Assembly: GCA_965224215.1 (NCBI GenBank)
Contig: CBDCYS010000027.1
Location: 10,304 to 74,303 of the forward strand
Source: Bryobacterales bacterium
Lineage (GTDB): Bacteria; Acidobacteriota; Terriglobia; Bryobacterales; UBA6623
Length of the DNA stretch: 64,000 bases
Direction: 5' to 3'
In this document: positions 40,996-49,683 of the stretch, one piece after another
Numbering within the stretch: position 1 is the first letter of the stretch
Layout of the letters: every line of letters begins with the position of its first letter
The notes under the pieces: generated by a model
What the model saw: only the letters and a program-made list of their open reading frames with translations
The model's database searches: none
What the model was told of the DNA's origin: nothing
Position numbers and translations under genes: made by a program

Positions 40996-43900
40996 CTAAC
41001 CCTGCTTCAATACCAACACCACTTCCTCCCCGTCGACGCTGGCCTCGCGCCGCTCTCCGTTTTCGGGAACCTCGCCGGCAGTCGTCAGCGATTTGCAGAG
41101 GGCTTCACTCATGAAATGATCGCGGCTGGCTTCGAGGACTCCCCGCACCCGCTCTGAACCGCTGATCCAAAGCCGAATCCGCTCCGTGTACTCGACGTCA
41201 AGCTCCTTGCGCAAGTTTTGGACCCGGTGCAGCAGCTCACGATACAGCCCCTCGTCGCGCAGTTCATCCGTCAGCTCGCACTGAAGAACCACAACGGTTG
41301 TTTGGTCTCCCGCGGCAGCGTAGTGCTCGGCGGCTTCGACCTGAACTTCGACGTCTTCGGACTCGAGTGCTAGCGGCTCGCCGTCGATCTCGATCGAAGC
41401 CGAGCCCGTGTCAAGCAGTTGCCGCCTCAGCTCTGCCGCGTCCACGGATTGAAAAGCCTTCTTGGCGGCCGGCATCTTCTTGCCCAAGCGCGGCCCGAGT
41501 CGCCGGTAGTTTGGCCTGACGAGATAGCGCACATGCTCCTGGCCCTCGCCGCCGAAGACGACCTCGTGGACATTGAGTTCCTCGGCGATCAGATTGGCGT
41601 AGCCGGCAAGCGCCTTTCCTTGCTGCTCGTTCGGCAAAATGATCTCGGCTCGCGAGAGCGGCTGCCGGACCTTCAACTTGTGGTCGGTCCGCACGCGCAG
41701 CCCCAACGAAACAATGTTGCGGACAGCCGCCATTTCCTGCGACAGCTTGCGGTCGATCAGCGCCTCGTCGCCGGTCTTGTAATCGCAGAGATGAACGCTT
41801 TCGGCCCGCTCGCCGCCGAATGGCCCGCGCACGAGATTCTGGTAAATCTCCTCCGCCATGAAAGGGACGAACGGGGCCGCCAAGTTCGTCACCGTCACGA
41901 TCGCCTCGTAGAGCGTCGCATAGGCGTCTTGCTTGTCGTCGTCGAGCCCGCTTTTCCAAAAGCGCTGCCGGCTGCGGCGCAGATACCAATTCGACAGCGC
42001 GTCCACGAAACCCGATAGCTCGGTCGCGGCTTCATAGGCGAGATAGGAATCCATCAACTCCCTGACCCGGCCCACAAGAATCGCCGCCTCGGAAAGAATC
42101 CAACGGTCAAGCAAGGCTCTCTCGGCCACCGGGCGCCCCTTCGACGTAACCGGATCGAACCCGTCGATGTTGGCGTAGATCGTAAAGAACGAATAGACGT
42201 TTCGCAGCTTGAGAGGAAACTCCTTCTGCAGCGTCCGAACGTTACCGAGCGAGTGCCGGGTCGAGGACCAGGGAGGGTTGGCCGCGAAGAAAAACCAGCG
42301 GAAAGCGTCGGCCCCCGGTGCGGAGCCTGTAGTGCTTTCGACCGTAATTCGCTGGTTGTCGGCCAGTCGCACGACTGCATTCGGTTCTACCCCGAGACCC
42401 TTCGGGTTGCTATCGAGACCGAGCGATTCGCAGTCCCCAGACGACAGAACGGCCACGCGCCGAGGCATCCTCTTACCCTGGCGAACGGTCACGAGAGTGG
42501 CTGCGTCATCCGAGTTCGTGAAAAGCTTCACCTGGACACCGGGGTGCAGGTCCAGCGCCTCGATCTCCTCGCGGCCCAGCAATACCTCGCCGTCCTCGAC
42601 TTTCATCTCCGCTTGCTCGCTGCCGACCACCGCGAACTCCTGTGCTACACGATCGAAGATGGCCTCGGGCGGCGTGAAGTTGCCCTTCGATTTAGACTCC
42701 TTCTTACCCGCGGGATCGGTCACGTGTCCCAGCACAATGCAGGTGCCATAAGGGTGAGGAAACTCGCGTTTCCTTTCGAGCCCGTAGCGCTGTTGGGTCT
42801 CGTCATCAAACACCAATGTCGAAACCATCAGCAGCGAGTAGAACCAGCCCCGGGTCTGATCAATCGCTTCGGTAATAAAATCGGCCGGGAAGGCCTCTTC
42901 GAAGCGCTCTCGCCCCTGGTGCGGAAAGCCTTGCTGCGCGAACGGCATGCACCCGGAGTCGAACCAGCAGTCGATCACGTCAGGAACACGGCGGTAGACG
43001 CCAGGCTCGCCGGGCTCGATCCAGCTCACTGCGTCGATCCAAGGTTTGTGGACCATCAAGTGTTCGGAAAGCTCTGGGGTTTGCTCACGGTCGCGGTGGA
43101 AATGGTCGAATGCATGGGGATTCTTCGCCTCGATCTCGGCCACGGACGCGGGAGCCTGCATCTTGCCCGTTTCGTCGTTGACCCAGATGTTGAGCGGGGT
43201 GCCCCAGTAGCGCTCGCGCGACAGGGCCCAGTCGACGTTGTTGGCCAGAAAATCACCGAAGCGCCCGGTGCCGATATGCTCGGGCAGCCAGCTCACTTTG
43301 TCGTTGTTCTTGATGGCGTCCTGAATACGTTCCGTCGTGCGAACGAACCAGGCTGGACGCGCGTACTGTATCAGCGGATCGTCGTCGGCCCGCCAGCAAA
43401 AGGGGTAATCGTGACGGTAGTTTTCGCGGTGCAGCAGGATGCCCAGCTCTTTCAGTTTCGCGACAATGTGGCGGTCGGCGTCCTTGACCCACATGCCTTC
43501 AAGATCTGGAGTTTCGGCGGTGAATTTGCCTTCCGAAGTCACTGGGCAGAGCAGCGGGATCTCGTCGCCGTTCTTGTATTCCGCGCGCGTCTTGCGGAAA
43601 AGGTCATAGTCGACCTCGCCAAAAGCTGGGGACTCATGGACCAGCCCTGTTCCGGTGTCGAGTTCGACGAAATCGGCGGCCAGGACTGTCCATAGGGCGG
43701 GGTGTCTGCTGCCGTCTTTTCGCTCGACTTCGAGGTCTCGATACTGCTGGTGGAAGTAGTCGAGCGGCGGCTTGTAGCGCCGGCCAAGCAGAGCGCTTCC
43801 CTTTAATTCCTTCTCAACGGAAAGCTCGCGGCCCAGTTTCTTTGCAATCGTTTCGCGCAGCGCCGCCGCCACGATGAGGCGGTGTTCTCCGTCGACGACC

Positions 43901-44649
43901 TGCACGTAGTCGTAGTCTTCGCGCACTGCGACGTACTGGTTCGACGGCAGCGTCCAGGGAGTCGTCGTCCAAATCAGCAGGAAGGTCGAAGGCTCATCCT
44001 CCAGCTCCAGCGCCACGTAGACGGCGGGGTCTTGGACTTCCTTGTAACCGAGTCCCACTTCGCCCGCCGACAGCGCGGTGCCACCCTGTGGCCACCACCA
44101 GACAATCTTGTGGCCTTGATACAGCAAGCCTTTGCGAAACAGCTCGGAGAGCGCCCACCAGACGCTTTCGACATAGCTTTTGTGATAGGTGACGTAGGCG
44201 TCTTCCAAATCGACCCAGAAGCCGACCCGGCTGGTCATTCGCTCCCATTGTTCGGTGTAGCGAAACACCGACTGCATGCATCGCAGAATGAAATCCTTTA
44301 CGCCGTACTCCTCGATGGCGGCCTTGCCGTGGATGCCGAGTTCTTTTTCGACCTCGACCTCGACCGGCAGCCCATGCGTGTCCCAACCCGCTTTGCGGGG
44401 AACGTAGAAACCCCGCATGGTGCGGTAGCGCAGGAAAATGTCCTTGATCACGCGAGTGAGAACGTGGCCGTTGTGAGGCAGACCGTTGGCTGTCGGCGGA
44501 CCTTCGTAGAAGATGAACTTCGGGGCAGCCTTGCGCTGGGCGAGGCTTTTCTCAAAGATCTGGTGCTCTTCCCAAAAGCGTTGAATCGAGGCTTCACTCT
44601 CTGGGAAATTGACGATGGATTGGGCTTTTTGAAACTTCGGCTCACTCAT
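40996..44649 (-). CDS. ileS: Isoleucine--tRNA ligase (type 2-like)
   Basis: FYEGPPTANGLPHNGH, GWDTHGLPVE, WTTTPWTLPSN, GTGLVH, DWALSRERYWGTP, DQTRGWFYSL, KESKSKGN, NWYLRRSR.RFW. Confidence 0.97.
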   Translation of the reverse strand: MSEPKFQKAQSIVNFPESEASIQRFWEEHQIFEKSLAQRKAAPKFIFYEGPPTANGLPHNGHVLTRVIKDIFLRYRTMRGFYVPRKAGWDTHGLPVEVEVEKELGIHGKAAIEEYGVKDFILRCMQSVFRYTEQWERMTSRVGFWVDLEDAYVTYHKSYVESVWWALSELFRKGLLYQGHKIVWWWPQGGTALSAGEVGLGYKEVQDPAVYVALELEDEPSTFLLIWTTTPWTLPSNQYVAVREDYDYVQVVDGEHRLIVAAALRETIAKKLGRELSVEKELKGSALLGRRYKPPLDYFHQQYRDLEVERKDGSRHPALWTVLAADFVELDTGTGLVHESPAFGEVDYDLFRKTRAEYKNGDEIPLLCPVTSEGKFTAETPDLEGMWVKDADRHIVAKLKELGILLHRENYRHDYPFCWRADDDPLIQYARPAWFVRTTERIQDAIKNNDKVSWLPEHIGTGRFGDFLANNVDWALSRERYWGTPLNIWVNDETGKMQAPASVAEIEAKNPHAFDHFHRDREQTPELSEHLMVHKPWIDAVSWIEPGEPGVYRRVPDVIDCWFDSGCMPFAQQGFPHQGRERFEEAFPADFITEAIDQTRGWFYSLLMVSTLVFDDETQQRYGLERKREFPHPYGTCIVLGHVTDPAGKKESKSKGNFTPPEAIFDRVAQEFAVVGSEQAEMKVEDGEVLLGREEIEALDLHPGVQVKLFTNSDDAATLVTVRQGKRMPRRVAVLSSGDCESLGLDSNPKGLGVEPNAVVRLADNQRITVESTTGSAPGADAFRWFFFAANPPWSSTRHSLGNVRTLQKEFPLKLRNVYSFFTIYANIDGFDPVTSKGRPVAERALLDRWILSEAAILVGRVRELMDSYLAYEAATELSGFVDALSNWYLRRSRQRFWKSGLDDDKQDAYATLYEAIVTVTNLAAPFVPFMAEEIYQNLVRGPFGGERAESVHLCDYKTGDEALIDRKLSQEMAAVRNIVSLGLRVRTDHKLKVRQPLSRAEIILPNEQQGKALAGYANLIAEELNVHEVVFGGEGQEHVRYLVRPNYRRLGPRLGKKMPAAKKAFQSVDAAELRRQLLDTGSASIEIDGEPLALESEDVEVQVEAAEHYAAAGDQTTVVVLQCELTDELRDEGLYRELLHRVQNLRKELDVEYTERIRLWISGSERVRGVLEASRDHFMSEALCKSLTTAGEVPENGERREASVDGEEVVLVLKQG

Positions 44650-44828
44650 GTGATTTCAACGCACCTCCGCGGGTGCAAGTCGTTGCTCGATTCTCTTGAA
44701 TCGTGTGGGCGCAGCACATCGTACGCCTGCATTCTCCGGCGCGGCGGAGAATCGGTGACACCGGCAGAATAGTCTTTCGGCACCTTATTTTTCCTGATGC
44801 GCATTTTCCGATAGGCACGCGCGCATGT

Positions 44829-44876
44829 AAAAACAAAAAAGCCACTAGCCGGTTTGTCTTTCCCCCGGCGAGTGGC
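44829..44876 (-). terminator. Intrinsic terminator (attenuator) in the ileS leader
   Basis: Minus strand GCCACTCGCCGG-loop-CCGGCTAGTGGC-TTTTTTGTTTTT. Confidence 0.85.
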
Positions 44877-44899
44877 CTCTGAATCCTTTTCCAGAGCCC

Positions 44900-45073
44900 C
44901 TAACCGGGGCCGCTAATGATAATGCCGATGGGAATTCGGCGTATCCGCGGGCGGGTGATTCCGATGGAAGAGCTCAGACGGGGCCGAGTGCTGAAACGAA
45001 CGGGCGAAGGACGACTGGGGTCAGCCGGTGGCTCGTTGCCGGTCGCGGTGCAATACGATTTCAAGGGTTCCAC
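44900..45073 (-). CDS. Ile-rich leader peptide upstream of ileS (57 aa, not in ORF track)
   Basis: GTG start gives MEPLKSYCTATGNEPPADPSRPSPVRFSTRPRLSSSIGITRPRIRRIPIGIIISGPG*. There are 8 Ile codons in the last 21 and none earlier. The start codon is uncertain. Confidence 0.75.
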   Translation of the reverse strand: MEPLKSYCTATGNEPPADPSRPSPVRFSTRPRLSSSIGITRPRIRRIPIGIIISGPG

Positions 45074-45343
45074 AATTCGCCCCTACCCCTAGAAGTTTAT
45101 CAGTTTCTTCGGGATAATCTCCACGCTAGCTGGGGAGCGGTGAGGGAACGCAGGCGGGACCTCTCGATGCCCTTACTGCTCATACCGTGACCGATACGGG
45201 CGCTTCTTCGCGGATTCCGCACCTGTGGGGATCGATTCCCCATCTCTGAGAAGTTCCTCGACGACCGTCCGCACAACCTCGTGAATGTGCTTTAGAGCTT
45301 CCCCTTCAGTGTGCCCCCACGTCGCCGCTCCCTGCTGCTCGCG

Positions 45344-45838
45344 CTAATCCAGCGTTGCCTGCCGAACCTTCTCGGCTTGCTCTTCTCGAAAAGCCCGCAG
45401 CTTCTGCCGCAACACAGGGTCGCCATTCGCAAGAATGTGGATCGCCATCAGAGCCGCATTCACCGCCCCGGGCTTTCCGATCGCCAGCGTCGCAACGGGA
45501 ATCCCGCCGGGCATCTGAACGGTCGCAAGCAGCGAATCCAGTCCGTTGAGGGCCGCGCTTTGGATCGGGACTCCTAGAACCGGCAGCAGGGTGTGAGCAG
45601 CCACTACGCCCGCCAGGTGGGCAGCACCTCCGGCAGCCGCTATCAGCACCTGAACTCCGCGGGCCTCGGCCGAAGACGCATACTCCGTCGTGATGCCGGG
45701 AGTGCGGTGCGCCGACATAACATTGCATTCATGCGGCACACCGAAACGCGTCAGCATCTCATCGCAATACTTCATCGTTTCCCAATCCGACTTACTTCCC
45801 ATAACGACCCCGACCAGGGGTTTTGATTCATCCGTCAT
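45344..45838 (-). CDS. purE: N5-CAIR mutase
   Basis: [33 protein letters not shown]. Confidence 0.97.
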   Translation of the reverse strand: MTDESKPLVGVVMGSKSDWETMKYCDEMLTRFGVPHECNVMSAHRTPGITTEYASSAEARGVQVLIAAAGGAAHLAGVVAAHTLLPVLGVPIQSAALNGLDSLLATVQMPGGIPVATLAIGKPGAVNAALMAIHILANGDPVLRQKLRAFREEQAEKVRQATLD

Positions 45839-46029
45839 ATTTTTACCCTTTCCTTGAAAGCGACCGGTTCCTCAACGATCCGGGCCAAAACGGCCGTCGG
45901 CTGATCCTTCGTTGCGTTGCTCGCGAGTGATCTTGCGCCGCTCGTGTCGGACCACACCCGGCATCGGATCAGCTGGAATCAGACGGCGCTCTGAAACCGA
46001 CATCGTCGTCGCGTGTCGCGGCTGTGGAC

Positions 46030-46140
46030 TCCAGGCTTCCACCTGGGGCGCACCCTGGCGGGTGCGATATGGCAGGCAAGGATGCCTGCCCCACGTAGCG
46101 GAATGTAGAAACTCCAGACCCCAGGCTTGCGCCTGGGGCT
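46030..46140. repeat. Cluster of REP-like palindromes
   Basis: CCAGGCTTCCACCTGG, GGCAGGCAAGGATGCCTGCC-CCAC (46071-94) and CCCCAGGCTTGCGCCTGGGG (46119-38). Confidence 0.65.
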
Positions 46141-46251
46141 CTGAGTTGCGCCATGAAAGTTTTTCCCTCGCTTGCCGGAACGAACGCCAAATAACCACCA
46201 GCCCCCGAAGAGTATACTGTAGCCGCGAACCCTATTACGATTGGAGGAACT

Positions 46252-47247
46252 GTGATTCGAGCGACCGGGTTGACCATTGTAGCATCGACGATTCTGATGA
46301 GCTGCGCCAGCGCGCCGCCCCCCCTGGAGTCGGCCAGCAGCGCCGAGCCGGCTGCTTCCAGCGCTCGGGTCGAGGTCGCCACGACAGTCGCCTTCACCGA
46401 GGGGCCGACTGTCGACCAGGAGGGCAACGTCTATTTCACCGACGTTCGCAACAGCCGCATCATGAAGCTGCCGGTGGATGGCGGCGTTACCGTATTCCGG
46501 CAGCCCAGCAACCATGCCAACGGATTGATCTTCGACGACCAATGGCGCTTGCTGGCCTGCGAAGGGAGCAGCGCGGAGCTGGGCAAGGCGCGAGTGACGC
46601 GAACCGACCTCTCGACCGGCGAAATCGAGGTGATAGCGGACCGCTTCGAAGGCAAGCGCCTCAATTCAACCAACGACCTGACCATCGACAGCCAAGGGCG
46701 CATCTATTTCACCGACCGCCCGGGCGAAATCGTGGCTCCTGATCAAGTCCCCGTGCATGCCGTCTACCGGATCGATCCAGACGGGACCGTCGCACAGATC
46801 ATCAAGGCACCGGACATCGAAATGCCAAACGGAATTGTCATCTCCCCGGATGACAAGACCCTCTACCTGATCGAGGCTAACGGTGACGAAGGAGGAGCCC
46901 GCATGATTCGCGCCTACGATCTGCAGGCCGATGGCACGGTGGCGAACATGCGCGTTCACTACAACTTCTATCCCGGACGTAGCGGTGACGGCATGACCAT
47001 CGACAGCGAAGGCAACCTCTACGTAGCAGCGGGGCTGCACCGCCGACGTGGCACCAGTGAAACGCTCGACACCAAGTGCGGGGTCCACGTGATCACGCCC
47101 CAGGGCGTACTGAAAGACTTTGTTCCGATCCCGGAAGACACGATCACAAACTGTGCCTTCGGCGGCCCCGACCTGAAGACGCTGTACGTCACCGCCGGAA
47201 AGACGCTTTTCAAAGTGAAGGTTGATGTGCCGGGTACACGGCGCTAG
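46252..47247 (+). CDS. SMP-30/gluconolactonase family lipoprotein
   Basis: Lipobox-like LMSC, TEGP, NGL, NDL, PNGI, DGM..DSEGNLYV, TNCAFGGPD. Confidence 0.92.
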   Translation: MIRATGLTIVASTILMSCASAPPPLESASSAEPAASSARVEVATTVAFTEGPTVDQEGNVYFTDVRNSRIMKLPVDGGVTVFRQPSNHANGLIFDDQWRLLACEGSSAELGKARVTRTDLSTGEIEVIADRFEGKRLNSTNDLTIDSQGRIYFTDRPGEIVAPDQVPVHAVYRIDPDGTVAQIIKAPDIEMPNGIVISPDDKTLYLIEANGDEGGARMIRAYDLQADGTVANMRVHYNFYPGRSGDGMTIDSEGNLYVAAGLHRRRGTSETLDTKCGVHVITPQGVLKDFVPIPEDTITNCAFGGPDLKTLYVTAGKTLFKVKVDVPGTRR

Positions 47248-47347
47248 GTACCCGACAATAGATGCCCAACAATACAAGGACCGTCGGCAACAGCACAGCC
47301 ACTTCACCCAGCCCCCCTGTAGCATGAAAGAAGTTCCCGGGCGGACC

Positions 47348-48928
47348 ATGTCCAAATTCGCGTCATCGATTCTTGCTCCTTTTTTGCTCGCTTCGGCGCA
47401 GCTTACCGGGATCGCCGCTACCCTCAACGTCAACAATCCCGTCGGGGGCATCAGCGTCCAGGTAACAACGGGGGCTCGCCTGCAGGTCCATGGTCAAGGA
47501 ATCAAGCGCAAAGCGACGAAGGACGACATCAAGATTACCCGCGACCGTGACGTCATCTTTGTCCGCTGCGAACCGCAGGACCAGGAGCCCATCGATCTCG
47601 AAATCCTGCTCCCGTTCGACTACACCCTCGATGCCTCCACCGAACACGGCAGCATTACCGTCGCCGGAATGTTGCGGCGGGCTAACTTGCAAACCAAGAG
47701 CGGCGGGCTGGCGATTAGTGCTCCCTGGCGAGCGACGCGGTTTCGATTGGATGCCGAGAAAAAGCCGCCCAAGATCACTCTTCCGCCAGGCTTTAAGTTC
47801 ACGCAGAGAAAGATCGAAGTTACCGAGAAGCGCACGATTTGGACGCTGCGGGATGCGCTCGCCGACTGGGACGTGGCCTATGGTCAGGTGAGAATCAAGG
47901 CGGACTCCCCAGTCGAAATCAAGCTGACCGACTTCGAGATTCCCGAAGACTCCCCGGTCAAGTTTCCCTGGCAGGCGCCGCGGATACTTAACGCGATCCT
48001 CGAGGCTCCCGCCAAGCTCCCCGCCCGGCCAGCGGCGAAACTGCCTGAAACCGGGAAGCCGATTGCGCCGGCCGAGGACCCTGTTTTTCGCTCGGACGTG
48101 AGGATGGTCAGCCTCGTGGTATCCGCCTATGGAGCGGGCGGCCGTCCCATCGGGGACCTTGTTCCTGAAGATTTCGAGATCATCGAAGACGGCGCGCCAC
48201 AGAAGGTGACTTTCGCCGGATCGGACGATATTCCCTTCAACCTGGCGATTCTGCTCGATTTGAGCGGTAGCACCAAACCTGACCGCGCGGCTATGAAAGA
48301 AGCCGCCCGGGGCTTCATCTCGCTCGCCAGCCCGAACGACCGGATAGCGGTCTACGCTCTGGCCGGCGGCGTCTTCCACGTTGTCTCGCGGCTCACCGAT
48401 GCGCGCGAAGAGCTGCTTCAGACGATCGAACGATTGCCCGAGGTGTCCGGGGCCTCGCCGCTCTACGACATGATCGCCCTGGCCTACGCCGAAGACCTGC
48501 AGTCGCGCCCCGGCCAGCGCAATGCTCTGATCATCATCAGCGACGGCATCGACAATCGCGTCAGCAAGCAGGAGCTGCCGTCACGTGTTTCGATCAGGAA
48601 GCTCACACGCGCCGCCGCCGAAATGAACGCGCTCATCTACCCCGTCTTTCTGCGTTCGGGCGAACGCTTCGGACGAGGCTGGTCACAGAAAGGCCGCCTG
48701 CATATGCAGCAACTCGCGCAAGCCACCGGCGGGAAACTATTCCCGGCGCTCTCCATACGAGATCTGCAGCCCGTCTTCCCCCAAGTGGGCCAGGAACTGC
48801 GAAGTGTTTATGGCGTCGCCTACTACCCGGAGAACCAAAACTTCGACGGGGTTTGGCGCGACTTGCAGGTAAAAGTGAACCGGCCCGGAGTGACCGTGCG
48901 CGCCAGGACGGGTTACTTCGCGCGCTAA
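47348..48928 (+). CDS. VWA-domain protein (acidobacterial type) with N-terminal beta-rich domain
   Basis: FRSDVRMV, DFEIIEDG, MIDAS-like DLSGS, ISDG.D, ATGG, ELRS.Y...Y.P, VRARTGY. Confidence 0.88.
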   Translation: MSKFASSILAPFLLASAQLTGIAATLNVNNPVGGISVQVTTGARLQVHGQGIKRKATKDDIKITRDRDVIFVRCEPQDQEPIDLEILLPFDYTLDASTEHGSITVAGMLRRANLQTKSGGLAISAPWRATRFRLDAEKKPPKITLPPGFKFTQRKIEVTEKRTIWTLRDALADWDVAYGQVRIKADSPVEIKLTDFEIPEDSPVKFPWQAPRILNAILEAPAKLPARPAAKLPETGKPIAPAEDPVFRSDVRMVSLVVSAYGAGGRPIGDLVPEDFEIIEDGAPQKVTFAGSDDIPFNLAILLDLSGSTKPDRAAMKEAARGFISLASPNDRIAVYALAGGVFHVVSRLTDAREELLQTIERLPEVSGASPLYDMIALAYAEDLQSRPGQRNALIIISDGIDNRVSKQELPSRVSIRKLTRAAAEMNALIYPVFLRSGERFGRGWSQKGRLHMQQLAQATGGKLFPALSIRDLQPVFPQVGQELRSVYGVAYYPENQNFDGVWRDLQVKVNRPGVTVRARTGYFAR

Positions 48929-48952
48929 GGTAAGTGCCCTCTGGTCTGGGCT

Positions 48953-49567
48953 CTAGCTGCCGTTCTTCGCGCCCGGAAACTCGGGGTGACTCAGCATTTT
49001 GTCGAGCCAGATCGCGTGGCGCTCGCCGTGGTAGACCAGGTAGTAGAGCCACTGCAGACCGGTTAGTTCGCCGTACGTCGCGGACGGGTGTTTGAAAACG
49101 TAAAGGCTAGGATCGGGAACGGCTCGAATCACCTCGAGAGCCTTGCGATGCGCCTGGTTGAAATACTCGGCGACTTCGGCCTTGCTCTGCAGGATGTTCT
49201 TCACCTTGTAGCTTTCCGCCTTGTTCTTGGGATCCAGCATCCGCTCCCGCAGAAACTCTTCCTTGCCAGAGAGCGTTTTTGCCTTCTCGGCTTGAACTCC
49301 CTGCTTCAGCGCTCTTGCAAACACACCCTGCAGATCCTGATGGGCCAGCGAGAGATGCTCCATCTCTTCCCCTATGGAATGCACTTGCCCGGTGGGCTTG
49401 AACTGCCAGTAAAGCTCATCCGTACGATCGAGCAGCGCGTTGATGTGGTCTCCGAGCGCCTTGAGCTGCTTTTCCACGTCGTCAATGCTGGCCTCGGCTT
49501 TGAGGTAGGCGGGCGTGAGCAACAGTTGGATAGAGAGTACTGCTGTGAGAAAAAGTAGTTTTTTCAT
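48953..49567 (-). CDS. Exported DinB-like protein
   Basis: Signal peptide MKKLLFLTAV; SIGE..EHL, HP...G.L...QW, H..RH metal-site pattern. Confidence 0.75.
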   Translation of the reverse strand: MKKLLFLTAVLSIQLLLTPAYLKAEASIDDVEKQLKALGDHINALLDRTDELYWQFKPTGQVHSIGEEMEHLSLAHQDLQGVFARALKQGVQAEKAKTLSGKEEFLRERMLDPKNKAESYKVKNILQSKAEVAEYFNQAHRKALEVIRAVPDPSLYVFKHPSATYGELTGLQWLYYLVYHGERHAIWLDKMLSHPEFPGAKNGS

Positions 49568-49683
49568 GGTTGCGTTACCTGGATACTGCCGAGCACCGGA
49601 CAAAGGGTGGCTTTGCGACGGTGTCGGTTGGCACAAAGTGGAACCTTCGCTTGGGCGCTGGGCTCTGTTCCGGCCTAGCCTAG

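Noticed and set aside
44650-45100. T-box riboswitch upstream of ileS
   Set aside because: No GGTGGxACCGCG T-box motif was found on the minus strand. The leader peptide model explains the structure.
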